DNA from: Ionaspis alba
Lineage: Eukaryota
Direction: 5' to 3'
NCBI GenBank assembly: GCA_964255285.1
Contig: CAXUUL010000047.1
Coordinates: 1-46,926 of the forward strand
Length of the DNA: 46,926 nt
Shown here: piece after piece, positions 1-12,728 of the stretch
Layout: the number at the start of each line of letters is the position of its first letter
Numbering within the stretch: position 1 is the first letter of the stretch
Notes under the pieces: model-generated
Databases searched by the model: none
Told to the model about the DNA's origin: nothing
What the model saw: only the letters and a program-made list of their open reading frames with translations
Program-made: the position numbers and the translations under genes

Positions 1-66
1 GACGTGCAGCCCCGCTCACAACACCACGCAATGCCTATGTACAATCTCCCACCCTTCTTACCTCCT

Positions 67-759
67 TCAATCACACCTTCCATCCCTCCACCCCGTCCGC
101 CACCTTTCCTCCCACTTCCCGCAATCAAATTCCTCCTTCCCCAGTTTCCTATTAACCTCATTATGCGCTTCACACATCCACTTCCCCAGTCCCTGTCTTC
201 CTTCCACTCTAGGCTCATTCCCCTTCTGAGCCATCCAGTCCCGGAAATCGTCTGCGCAGACCCAGCATGGGTAGAGCTTCGCAAAGAGTCCCAGGAATTG
301 CTTCATCTCAGATTGTTGTGCGGGGCTTGCAACGGGCGGGTAGGAGGCGGAGATGGAGTGGAGGAGCGTCCAAGTGTGGTTGCCTAGGGTGTCGACGTCG
401 GGAGGGCAATCATCTGGTAGAGTAAGAGCAGTGGAGGTCGTGGAAGCCGTTGTGGTAGTGGTGGTGGTGGAGGAGGAGGGTGAGGTAGGTAGTTGGGAGG
501 GTTGTCTCTTGGTTAGAGCTAACCAGTCGGCAACGGAGGTACAAGTGCGGCATCTGAGGTCCTTTGTCAGTCTTGCACCTGTCCTTGGGAAAGTGCTAGG
601 AACTCACGGTTTTCCATCTTTACCTAACACCACGCCCTTAGGAAGTTTCTTCGGGCCACCGCCTCCCTCTACACTTCCGCCCTGCTGTAGCCGCGCCTCT
701 TCCTCTCTGCCCGGTTTCTTTTCAGACTTCCGAGCTTGTTCTGCAAAGAACTTTTCCAT
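67..759 (-). CDS. ERV1: Mitochondrial FAD-linked sulfhydryl oxidase Erv1/ALR; exons 759-608 and 553-67
   Basis: Splicing the intron 607-554 (GTGAGT..CAG) gives GVVLGKDGKPCRTC (shuttle CxxC). The core has LYPCWVCA (active-site CxxC), WMCEAHNEVNRKLGK..FDC and C-terminal WRTGWRDGRCD. Confidence 0.95.
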
Positions 760-912
760 GCTCTATACAACATCGTGTCTCATGATAGAAATACAAATAA
801 ATGGTAGCACGGATTGACTAAGCTTCCCTATCAGCCCTACACTCTTAACTCCGTCATCGCCGTCCTTTGACCTTCACAAAGCTTCAGAGGCACCCCGAAC
901 AATGCTACCACG

Positions 913-1986
913 ATGACAACTAGCTCCCTGGCTCAGGCAGGTCCTGGCCCCTTACCTCCGCCCACTCTCCAACCATCCGGGAGTCATCCCTCTGCTAATC
1001 CCTCTCCCTCAATTCCGATCCTCCTGCTCAAAACCCGCTCCTATCCTAACGACAGCTACGAAGCCTACTTCACGACCGCTTCCCCACCTTTCGCCTCCTA
1101 CTTCGTCCCCGTCCTCCATCACACCTACTCCGCCACCATCCTCGCCAAAGTCCGCACCCTTCTTCTTTCTCCCTCCACTCTGGGCGAACAGTACGGTGGT
1201 CTGATCTTCACGAGCCAGCGCGCCGTCGAAGCATTTGGCTCCGTGCTCGGAACTCTCACTACAGAAAGAAGCCCACCAGATACTGATTTAGGCGCGGTGA
1301 GAAGCAGCGGAACAGAACAGGCTTCTCTGATATCAGGACTAAAAGCGCTCGCTCTACCTCTTTACACTGTCGGCCCCGCCACTTCCCGCGCACTGTCCGC
1401 CCTGCAGTCGACATATCTCCCCGGCTGTAGCATCCACGGGCAAGACATCGGAAATGGCGAAAACCTGGCTAAGTTCATCCTCTCACACTACTCCAATGTG
1501 TCATCTTCGCAGCGACACTCTGTTGATAAGAAGAATACCACGCTCCTCCCACTTCTCTTCCTCGTAGGCGAGACACGCCGGGATATCATCCCACGCACTC
1601 TAAGCGCCCACAGCATCCACGTGGATGAGTGGCCTGTCTACGAAACCACGATCCAGGAGTCCTTTCCTACTGTATTCGGCGCTGTTCTGGAAGAGACGAA
1701 GGAGGCAAGGGCGGTTTGGGTCGTTGTGTTTTCACCTGCCGGGTGCGAGAGTATGTTGAGGGTGCTGGGGATGTTGGATGAGGGGACGGGAAGAGTGCGA
1801 GTGGTTGAGAAGGGAGGGCATTGGTATGAGGGGAGGACAGTCTACATTGCTAGTATTGGGCCGACGACACGCGATTATCTTAGTAATGAATTTGGGTGTG
1901 AGGTAGATGTTTGTGCTGAGAGGCCAAGTCCAGAAGGGCTCGGCGAGGGAATTGTGGAATTTATGAGGGAGAAGGGATTTGTGTAG
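913..1986 (+). CDS. HEM4: Uroporphyrinogen-III synthase, single exon
   Basis: 357 aa ORF with ILLLKTRS, YGGLIFTSQRAVEAF, YTVGPAT, LLFLVGETRRDIIP, VVVFSP, IASIGPTT and AERPSPEG, all typical of fungal HemD/Hem4. Confidence 0.92.
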   Translation: MTTSSLAQAGPGPLPPPTLQPSGSHPSANPSPSIPILLLKTRSYPNDSYEAYFTTASPPFASYFVPVLHHTYSATILAKVRTLLLSPSTLGEQYGGLIFTSQRAVEAFGSVLGTLTTERSPPDTDLGAVRSSGTEQASLISGLKALALPLYTVGPATSRALSALQSTYLPGCSIHGQDIGNGENLAKFILSHYSNVSSSQRHSVDKKNTTLLPLLFLVGETRRDIIPRTLSAHSIHVDEWPVYETTIQESFPTVFGAVLEETKEARAVWVVVFSPAGCESMLRVLGMLDEGTGRVRVVEKGGHWYEGRTVYIASIGPTTRDYLSNEFGCEVDVCAERPSPEGLGEGIVEFMREKGFV

Positions 1987-2472
1987 CGTAAGAAGGGAAT
2001 GGGGTATCGACATGGCTAGAAAGGCTACAATTTATGGGGGATAGAGAGACACTCTTGTTACAGTTAGATAGAATGGCAGGGACCATGAGAGTAGGGGAAT
2101 GTAGGATCGGGGACGACGTATGCATAGAGGGAGTGAATACCATGATCGTGGAAGCGGAGAAGAACCACCAACACGATAACGTCAAAGCACGGCATGGTAG
2201 AAAGAAGCAATCGCTTAAAGATTATCACTAGCTACCACGCATATCCCTATCATAGTGTGAAGTATTCCCGCAGCAGAAACGTCAAGCAAGCTGATAAATC
2301 TGCAAACCACATTTTTCCCCCTTGGAGCGCCATAGCGCCTCAATGCAATATGCTCTCAATATGACAATAAAAGGAAAAACATGATCTGTTCGTGACACCG
2401 GTTCCGTCTTCCTTCCGGGCGCGGCGAGGTGGCTGTCTGATCGCTGACAATAAGCCGGCATAACAACCATGT

Positions 2473-3762
<1,290 letters not shown>

Positions 3763-5864
3763 CTTGCGATATTATGAATGATCTCGATTAAATGCTCGAT
3801 GCACAATCTAAAGTTGATTGGAGAAGCAAGTCGCTCTGGCAATAGACTTGGTCGAGTAGGTGTAGGCTGTGATGTCGAAGCGGAAGAGGAAGTAGAAATC
3901 TGGCCTATTGATAAGTCACGTTAGCTTTCTGTTGGTATCAGTCAATAGAGATCCAGTAATGAATAGCAAGTGAGAGCAAGTGCCATTCTTGGAATTTGGC
4001 TAGAGTGGTGCGAAAGGACAATAAAGCAGTTGAGCTTGAGGTGGCTGAAGCAGTTTCACCCTAGGCGTCGGCGGATATATGGCATATTGTGTTGCTCAGG
4101 GTAGTCGCAAAGATACCGGAGACAGTAGTTGCAGCAATAGATTGGGAAGCAATCTTTGCAGATTGCTCCAGCTCTAGAGATCAAGCTCGTCTAGTTAGGT
4201 GCAGTGATCCAGTTGACCAGCTGCATCGAATGTCGTACTCCTTACACTTCCTCCAAGCTTACAGCCGAGCTTTTAACTCACCTAGCTATACGTGGAATAT
4301 TCCACCAATTGCCTTCGCAAATACAGCTCTGCGAGATATCTTTATAGTCGGTTACTGCTGTCCCAGGCAGAAATGGATGCGTCTCCTTTTCCAATCGATT
4401 TTGCTTCTGCAACGCTAGGCTTGGTGTCTAAGTCAAACGTACTGCTTGTGGACGAGGATTTTTCTTTGTTCCTTCGGTCGCAGAGAATCCCGTCTCAGCT
4501 GAGGTCGCTATAGGCTGGGTCTGGACTCGCGGAGAAGACTAGGTGACCAGATGTGCGTGATATGAGTCTTGGATCCGGATGCGGAGCAATGGAATGCGAA
4601 TGGAGTAGCTAGAGGTGCTGGTCTAGCGCGTCAGTGAATGATATTCTAGATATGATGACTCTGCTGAGATTCGTTCTGTCTTCATGCTGGCAACTCGAAC
4701 GATCCTTTCAGCCTCACAAGGGCTGTACCTGCATTTGACGCCGTTCCAACAAATCGAGCAGGGGGCCATGTGGGGATAGAACTGACCAGAACTTGAGATG
4801 GTGAACACAGACGGCTGAAGCGACTCAAAGACCAGCGAGTCCGAAGTGAACAGCTCAAACTACGGAAATGAAATGATGAGCTCGTTGGGCCGTAGATGGA
4901 CGGGCTGATTGCGAGCGATAATGGATTCCGGCGTCTGCACTCCTGTTCAAGGCGTTTGGTGATGCAAGCTAGTGGGGTGGAGGGGGTGTGGGAGAAAAAA
5001 GTGTCCGAGACGAGAGTCTTGAGTCTACACATATGTAATGGGCATCTGCAGTCCTTATACTACTATCACAAAGCATGAGTATGAAGCAGTGTTGCAGAGG
5101 CTTAGATGTGGTTGGAAGAACAACAACGTGCTAGAGCTCGTTCCATTTGTGTGCAAGTGGAGAAGCCTATCATCCAACCTCTATGTTACATTTGTTCTGG
5201 TTGGATCATTGGATTCTCTCCATCCCTGTTTGATCTCTGTTTCCATCCACCAGTTGGCTAAGAATATCCTCCCATACAACGTTCTAGGTTTCGAAACAGC
5301 CGCCCACTACAGCTTTGGTCCTACGTGATGAAAGGCTTAGCGTTCGAGTCTTGCAGTCTGGTGCGAAAATGGGATTCAGGCCCTCAGGGAAGGGATTGAG
5401 CTCGTCAGGGGCGAAAAGCCTACTACTGGTCAGCCAGTTGGAGCCGCAGCAGTAAGGTTTTTAAAGAAGCTTGACCTTAGTGGCGGCTTAGTCTGCTTGG
5501 TCTCAAGTCATTCGCAACTCGCAACGATTGTGTAAGCTATGTGATTTGATTCGGCGTGTATGCGTCGAAGAAGTTCCGGATCGGAGAAGTAACATGAGTA
5601 ACATTGCAATTGAGGTTGTGTTGGACCTCGGACTAGTCCGGCAAGCCTGGACAAGACTCGAGATCATGCCTCCTCCAAACAAACGCTCCTGCCCTGCCGA
5701 CCGTGTTGGGGCTGAGGCGCAGGCTCTGGCAAAAAAAGCGCCGTGACAGCCAACTTTTCCTCGCTCCGTCTTACAGAACGCTTTCTAGAGTGCCAACAGC
5801 TAGAGTCTAGAGAATCTACATCACGGCTTGATAACTAGTAACGAATGAACCTTACATAATGCTT

Positions 5865-8847
5865 CTATTGCACAATCTGGAATGCGCGTTAGTCACAGAT
5901 CTACTGCAGGAGTCGTAGATCCCACTATACCTTTTCTCGTATCATGCCCAACCATTGTTTGAGACTTGCGCCTTGATCCGCTCTATCTTCCACCAGCATT
6001 GTCTGTGCCCACAACCTAATACCCGGTTCGCCATCCTCGCGGACCACGTAGAGATGAGGCACTATAATACTCCCCACGCCTCGCGATCGATGGTCGCGTG
6101 CCTTTTCGATCACGGCACGGACCCGCTCGTTGAAGTCATTATCAAGCACCGGCATGGTCTGCTTCCCAACCTTGAGCTGCAATCTATCGGGAACGCCAAA
6201 TACGTCTTCGACTAGCTGCGGTACCGCGTCGCGACCCACCCAAAGGAATTGGGTCTGACCATCGTCGATGAGATAGAGCCCGTAAGGAACGAGATTGGCA
6301 GAAGAAGCACCAATGGTTGGTGGCATCACCAGCTCCCCCGTGGTCTCATCTGATAGGCCGGCAGAGTCCGGCATGTCGTGTAGCGAGTACATTCTTGGAT
6401 AGATGTATTGGAGTAGAAGCGGCAGTGGTAGAGTGGAAAGCTGACACAGGGCGGCCGAGCGCATGTCGCTTGGAATTTGCGCTGATTTTCGAATGCCAAC
6501 CTGCCTTTATCAGTACCACACATCTGGGCTCTTTAAAGCGAAGTGATTGTGTTTGAGTCTTACATTCTTGATCAGACCGAGGAACAAGACAGGAAGACAT
6601 CTTAAATTCGCAGGGAATTGAAGACCTCCACCACCCATGTTTCCTCCGGCCAGCTCTTTCCGATATGTTTGCATGATCTCAATAATCTTAGTCTGCAGCG
6701 CATCTCGTGCTGCGTCGAGGCCACTGCCAAGTGCACGCTCAACAGCTTTGTGACTGAAAAATGCTGTAATGGCTCCTTGGTCTGCCGAAGCGTATACGTC
6801 CGCGAGAGTTTGGGTCGTCGGCAAAGCTAACGTCATGACCCGAATGCGTCTTTCGCCATTACACGTAGTGTGCAGCACAGCTGATTGCAGGCAAACCACG
6901 CCTTTGGTGAGTGATTCGTCAATGGCAACCTCGACCACATAGCTTTGATCTCGTGGAAAGGCGGGGAAGGCGCAGAGGTCGGAGGAGCGGTTGAAGAAGT
7001 TCCCATAAAAGGTATTCATTCGGAGGCCCGTAGTAGCCCGGACCCTTAGGACAGCCTCCAGTCCAATTTCAGCGGACAGGTAATCCGAGAACTCTCTGGC
7101 AAACTTGATGGCATCTTCACTCCGAGCTGCGTTCCACCCCGGATAGAAATAAGTTTGTCCGCCAGTATAGCGTGGTAAATTGCTGAGCGATGCAACATCC
7201 TGATATTGTGATGAAAACAAGAACATGTCAATGGAAACCTGATTTTTCGAACACTCGACCGCGAAGCTCTTATAGAAGCTGCTGGCAGTTTGTAACAAAC
7301 TATTCTCCTTGCTCGTTCCAAGAATTTTCTTATCTTCCCTCATCTCCAGCTTGCCATGGCCAAGATTAGGCAAAGATGCAGTAAGAACCGTGATCTTGCC
7401 TCCGACAGGCGCAATTAGCTTATGTCCTGCCCGTAATGCAGCTCCCATGCAGGAACCTCCATTCTGTGTATTCTGAAACATTTCTTGAAGTTTCCCGAGG
7501 AATATTTCGATGTTCTCACGACATTCGGATAATGTCACCAAGAGATCTCCCGGTGTTGGTAGAAAAGGCTCCTCAAGATCGCTCACGACAAGCATGCTCG
7601 TGTCGGTGACATCTGAGCCGTCTCTGGGTACTGAGAAGTAGTGTAGACCCGAGTCCACTGCCATAAAACCAACTCGTGTTCTTCGGTCTGCATTGGGTAT
7701 TCGGTCCAAGCTTTCGAGGATGCAGCGAGCGCTGGTAGCGAGGAGACCACAGGTAACGGCGGCGTAACTGACATCAAACAGGAAGAGGTAGACCAATGGT
7801 TGCGGAGGTCGAATCATGTACTCTTGAGGCGCAATAAATTCTGCCACCGCATGGTTGAGCTCAGGCCGTTGCCATCGATCTACCTGCTTTTGTGCCGCGG
7901 CATCCCAGTCAAAAGCCTGGGGCACCTCGTTTGTCAAGTTGCACATATTGCAGCGCCATCGATGACCTTGGTCGAGGAATGTGGCAAATGGGTTGATATA
8001 CGAGCGACATCTTCGACATCTCGCGATCACTTGGTCTGGAACAACCGGTACAGGATCTTCGACGTCGTGTAAGGAGCTGTATGGCTGTATGACGAGTGCG
8101 AAGGGTAGGCGAGACTTCTTGAGGAGAGAATTGGTCGTCGGAACCGCGTTTAACGTTGAACGAACATATTTGGGTGGGCAATTCGCATTCGGGGACGGCG
8201 TAGCGCTGGACTTTGAAGTGTCAGCAGTTGATCCGAGCCACTATCTCGAACCTAGTACTCACATTAGGTGGAAGAACGATTGGCGGTGGTGGTAGGTTGA
8301 ATTCGGAGACGTGAAAAGGCTGATTTAACATGTCCGTAGGATACAGTTGGTTCAGATGGGGCCGCTGGGGTGGCTGCTGCGGAGTGAGGGAAGATTGTCC
8401 ACTGATTCCCATACCGCTCATTCCACTCGTAATCCCACTCACACCTCCAAGCATCGATGTAGCGCCGTGAGGTGGGTAACCCTGGTCTGGAGGTTGATAT
8501 CCTCCCACTGTAGGGACCTGTTGTCCGTAGGCTGATTGTCCTCCAGGTGCAGGGGCTCCGTAATCCGCACCATAAGGTTGCTGTTGAAGCCCTGGCTGGG
8601 AATTGTATCCTTCAAACCCAACTCCAGGAGGCCCAGAAAATGAGCCTCCATGACCAGGCTGCGTGTTCGCTCCCGCTCCGAAGTCATAAGCCTGTCCAGC
8701 ATACTGTCTTTTCCTTCTTCCTCCTGCTGGAGCTGCGGGTCCTTCTCCTCCTGCATGGGGTGCCCCATCGTACCCTTGTTGGCCTGCATTGTCGTACTGG
8801 TCTTGAGGCAGATGACCTCTAGGTTGGAAATCCGGCTGTTGAGCCAT
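5865..8847 (-). CDS. SEC24: COPII coat subunit Sec24; exons 8847-8263, 8210-6564, 6500-5931, 5876-5865
   Basis: Q/P/G-rich N-terminus, zinc finger [18 protein letters not shown], trunk [20 protein letters not shown] and gelsolin-like YLIDDG. The last intron (GTATAG..GACTAAC..CAG) gives a REKIVQ C-terminus. Confidence 0.96.
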
Positions 8848-9504
8848 TTTTTTGGCTCCTAACTCTAGTGGCTTGATGTATTGGCAATGCTCGTCAACAA
8901 TTGTCGCCTTGCTCGGCAGGACTGAGAAATGGTTGCTTCAATGCCACACTTTGAGGAGTCGGTGCTGGCAGTGTCTTGAGTGCCTAGAATATGGATAGGA
9001 TCATATTGGAGAACGAAAGGCTGCGCTACGATTTGAGCGATTATGACGAGGGAAATCAATCGGAGATGGAGATTGATATTGGAGCTTGAATATCCAACAG
9101 TGGCATCTCGCTTACAACCCATCTGGCCTCTAAACGCCTCTCAAGAACTAAACTGTAGGCAGCAGGTTGCAGCAGCGAAAGGGCTCTTGTCAGGTCTATT
9201 GTTGGTGTCCCTGTTGGACGTGGATACATCGATCTTTTCTCTCCAGTACTTGTCATCATGAGATTTGTGAGCTTCCTAAATTTATGGGCTGTCCCACTCC
9301 TGGCGCCGGAGGGTGCCCGCTACAAAACTCCACCAGGTCGGGATTGAAACAGAGCTCGACTCATATCATCTATTTCGAACACGAGGGCATTCACTATTGC
9401 GAAAAAGGGCCGTGAACTGCTCTTGGTTGGGACTGTACTTCGAGCTGTGTTTTCGCGCTCAGCTAGATTTGCATACATACTTGTAATACTCAGGCATGCC
9501 AGAG

Positions 9505-9595
9505 TACAGTGACAAATCCCGCAAACTCCTCTAACGACACCTACCCAATTTGATATTAGGTAGCAAGTGCTTAGTGGTTTAGGGGCCTATCCTCG
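9505..9595. repeat. Degenerate copy of the ~90 bp MITE-like element at 11864-11957
   Basis: gacaaatcccgcaaactcctctaacg (9511-9536) matches gacaaatcccgccaactcctctaacg (11870-11895) at 25 of 26 positions, and ungapped similarity continues for about 50 more nt. Confidence 0.75.
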
Positions 9596-10138
9596 ATCCA
9601 TTGGAGTGCCACAATGAATGGGATGCCAATAAATGGTGTTCCCATGATGATACAGCCGGGGGGTATTCACAACGGGCATGCTCCCCAGTTTGTCCACCTA
9701 AACCCTGGTTTTCTAGGTCACTTAGAGGGTGAAGCCGTTAAACATCTCGTTTGGTGTACGCACTTTTTTGGAGGGGGCCAACCGCGTGCTGCGTAAGACA
9801 AGGGTGGTTCTCTTCACGAGCGAGGCACATGGACAGATTTCGTTGCCGAGCATAATTAGCATAATTAGCAGCTAAAACTTCCCAGCTGGGGACTCGGATG
9901 AAGTGGAATAAGGGACCACCCCCTAAAAAGCCCCCGGCCTCCTCCAATTGTGCTAAAAAAATTATTGGACGTTACTCGCTTAGCTTGAGGAGCTGATGCA
10001 ATAATCCAAGTCCAGATCTCCATCGTCGCTGGGGATGTCGATATCCAGTATAAGCGTAGGTGTCTCATGGTATAGAGCCCTACTTGTTATTACCTCTGCT
10101 GAATCCGAGCAACGTGTTCTAAGCATCTGCTAGCCGCT

Positions 10139-11619
10139 ATGGATTACCGTCATATCGAGTTGAAAATATCGTGCCCAGAAAAATACCCTGGTGAGCTGTG
10201 TTGAGCTTGGAGGTCTCGGATCGTAAGTCGCTGACTTGTAGACCAGCCAAGCAGCATATCCAAGCTGTCGCCAGGAAGCTAGGGAAGAGTGACGGTTTGA
10301 TCTATCTTCTCGGTCAATACGCTTTCAACATTGAGGACTCTGACCAGTCGAAAACCTGGAGACAGCGTAGATATTTCTACTACTGCAGCGGGGTCGATGT
10401 ACCCAACTGCTGCTTGACCTACAACATTGCAACGGACCGTTTGATTCTCTACATTCCGGAAATCAAGCCAGAGAGAGTGGTGTGGGAAGGGAGAGGGCCT
10501 ACCATTGAAGAAGCAGAGGAAGCCTACGACATTGACAAAGCTCGACTCAATTCAAGCCTTTTCGCAGACCTTGATTTTTGGAAAAGAAATAACTCAAGAT
10601 CTACCTTCTACATTCTCCACGAAGATCATCGGCCGGTTGATAAGCAATTCCCCAAGGTCGACAGCGAAGAGCTGAAGCGGTCGATTGATGCTTGCAGGGT
10701 GATCAAGGACCACTACGAGATCCAATGCATTCGTCGAGCGAACGAAATATCAGCTGACGCCCATCGCGCTGTACTGAAGAACATCCGAAAGTTCAAGAAC
10801 GAGGCTCAAATCCAGGGACTATTCACAGACACCTGCATTTCCAATGGTGCGATGAAGCAATCCTATCCAGTCATTGCGGGAAGTGGAGAGAATGCGGGCA
10901 CCCTTCACTACACCAAGAATGATGAACCACTGAAGGGGAGACAGCTGGTCTGCCTGGATGCTGGAGGAGAGTACCAGCTCTACGCAAGCGATGTGACCCG
11001 CACGTTCCCCATTTCTGGGTCCTGGCCTAGCGAAGAGGCGAAGAGTATCTACGATATTGTGCATGATATGCAGGAAAACTGTATCAAGAGATTGAGACCA
11101 GGCGTTAAGATGTACGATCTCCACATCATGGCCCACAAAATCGCTATCATGGGACTATTGAAACTGGGCATCTTGAAGGGTGATCCGCAAGATATCTACG
11201 ACGCAGGAACGAGCAGAGCATTCTATCCGCACGGCCTTGGTCACCATGTCGGACTCGAGGTACACGATGTCATCGATCTACCCATCATGAGGTACATTGA
11301 AGATTGTCCTGTTCTCGACAATGCCACAGCACTGCCTCCGTGCACAGCAGATCAACCCCTTTTGGAGGAAGGTATGGTCATTACCATTGAACCAGGAATT
11401 TACTTTTCGCGCTACGAGATAATGCGTGCCTACTTGAGTTCACCCATCCATTCGAAGTTCATTGATCAGGAGGTCCTTGACAGGTACTGGGCAGTTGGGG
11501 GGGTGAGGATCGAGGATGATCTTCTCATCACAGCTAAGGGGTACGAGAACTTGACAACTGCTCCGAAGGGAGAGGAGGCGTTAAAGATTATCCGTGCAGG
11601 AGCGAACTGTGCGGTATGA
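10139..11619 (+). CDS. pepP: Xaa-Pro aminopeptidase / prolidase (M24B); exons 10139-10190 and 10247-11619
   Basis: Spliced N-terminus ..EKYPAKQH; WRQRRYFYYCSGV; metal-binding motifs LDAGGE..YASDVTRT, YPHGLGHHVGLEVHDV, ITIEPGIYF and GGVRIEDDLLIT. Confidence 0.93.
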
Positions 11620-11863
11620 CTGTCAGTTGCTTACCGAACGACCATTCTTTCACAGGTTGTAGGCAGAGCCACACGTCCGCTGCTTCTCTTGCAAATCCGT
11701 CAAAGACTATGTCCTAAGATTTGGTACACATGCACGTGACAGCCGAGTGCTTCAAACTGTAAAGCTTACCCTAAAGTGTCGCCATCCTTGTTTACCGTCC
11801 TCCCCGCCTAATCCAGTAGTAGCTAATTTTGTGCGGACGTCAAAAGTAGAGGGTCATACGTAG

Positions 11864-11957
11864 TACTCGGACAAATCCCGCCAACTCCTCTAACGTGACC
11901 CACCTATTCTCATATTAAGTGGCAGGCTTTGGGTGGATTGGGGAGGCTGTCCGGGTA
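11864..11957. mobile_element. Putative MITE (Tc1/mariner-type, flanked by TA)
   Basis: Starts TA-CTCGGACA and ends TGTCCGGG-TA (9 of 10 complementary). The imperfect inverted repeat extends to about 22 nt. It is non-coding and has a second copy at ~9505. Confidence 0.6.
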
Positions 11958-12681
11958 ATACGGACTGTCCGGCTACTACGTACAAAAGTCCACTGTGGTA
12001 CGTGAGTCCCTAGCACGTTATCAGCCAATCTTACGATGATCACCCTCAGCTTTACTGCAAATGTGCGGTGAGGAAACATGACTTGCGTCACCCCACGAAT
12101 CATAATAATAATGACCGCGGTATCAGGCTTATGCTGTTGAAGGCTGAGTGGCACGCTCATCAGCCAAGGTGACTAATCCCGGTCATGCCTCTAACACGAT
12201 AAGCTTTCACGCCAGGTCCACACACTGTCAGGGCCAATGGAGCCAGTGGCACCGCCGCTGTCTCAGAATTCAGCTACTTTCCCCATCTCTTGTAGGTGCT
12301 TGATCGTTCGATGCATGCATCCACGCAGTTTTGGGTCTGAGCTTCCGTTGGCATTGCCAGCTCTGACGAGTTCCCCGGATCATCGGTACTTGTGTCCGAA
12401 CCCTTGGGGACCCTGTCCGTCGTAGTATTATGCGCGCTCAGCATGTCGTGGGTTGGGCTGAGGGTAGGGATCTTCAAACAACGTCCGTAACACATCCAAC
12501 GAGGCTTGGAAATTGAGGCATCTTAGGTTGAAGGACCGGGGGTATAGAATTGTTTGCCATTCGATGGATTGGCATAACAGCATCAAGCATTCCACCACCT
12601 CCCTTTCGAAAATCACTCTACGATCTCTCCAACCTCGCGAACAACTAACAAACCCGGTGTCATTTCCACGTCTGTGTGATC

Positions 12682-12687
12682 TATAAA
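12682..12687 (+). promoter_or_regulatory. Candidate TATA box for the membrane-protein gene
   Basis: TATAAA 47 nt upstream of the ATG at 12729, followed by a pyrimidine tract. Confidence 0.45.
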
Positions 12688-12728
12688 GCGCAACTACTCG
12701 ACACCGTTCTGCGCCTTTTTTCCTAGGT

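Noticed and set aside
4..817. Plus-strand ORFs 4-387 and 353-817
   Set aside because: Antisense shadows of ERV1 with no recognisable motifs; they stay open because of the biased composition.
5898..5921. 7-bp inverted repeat GATCTAC..GTAGATC in the last SEC24 intron
   Set aside because: Too short to distinguish from chance.
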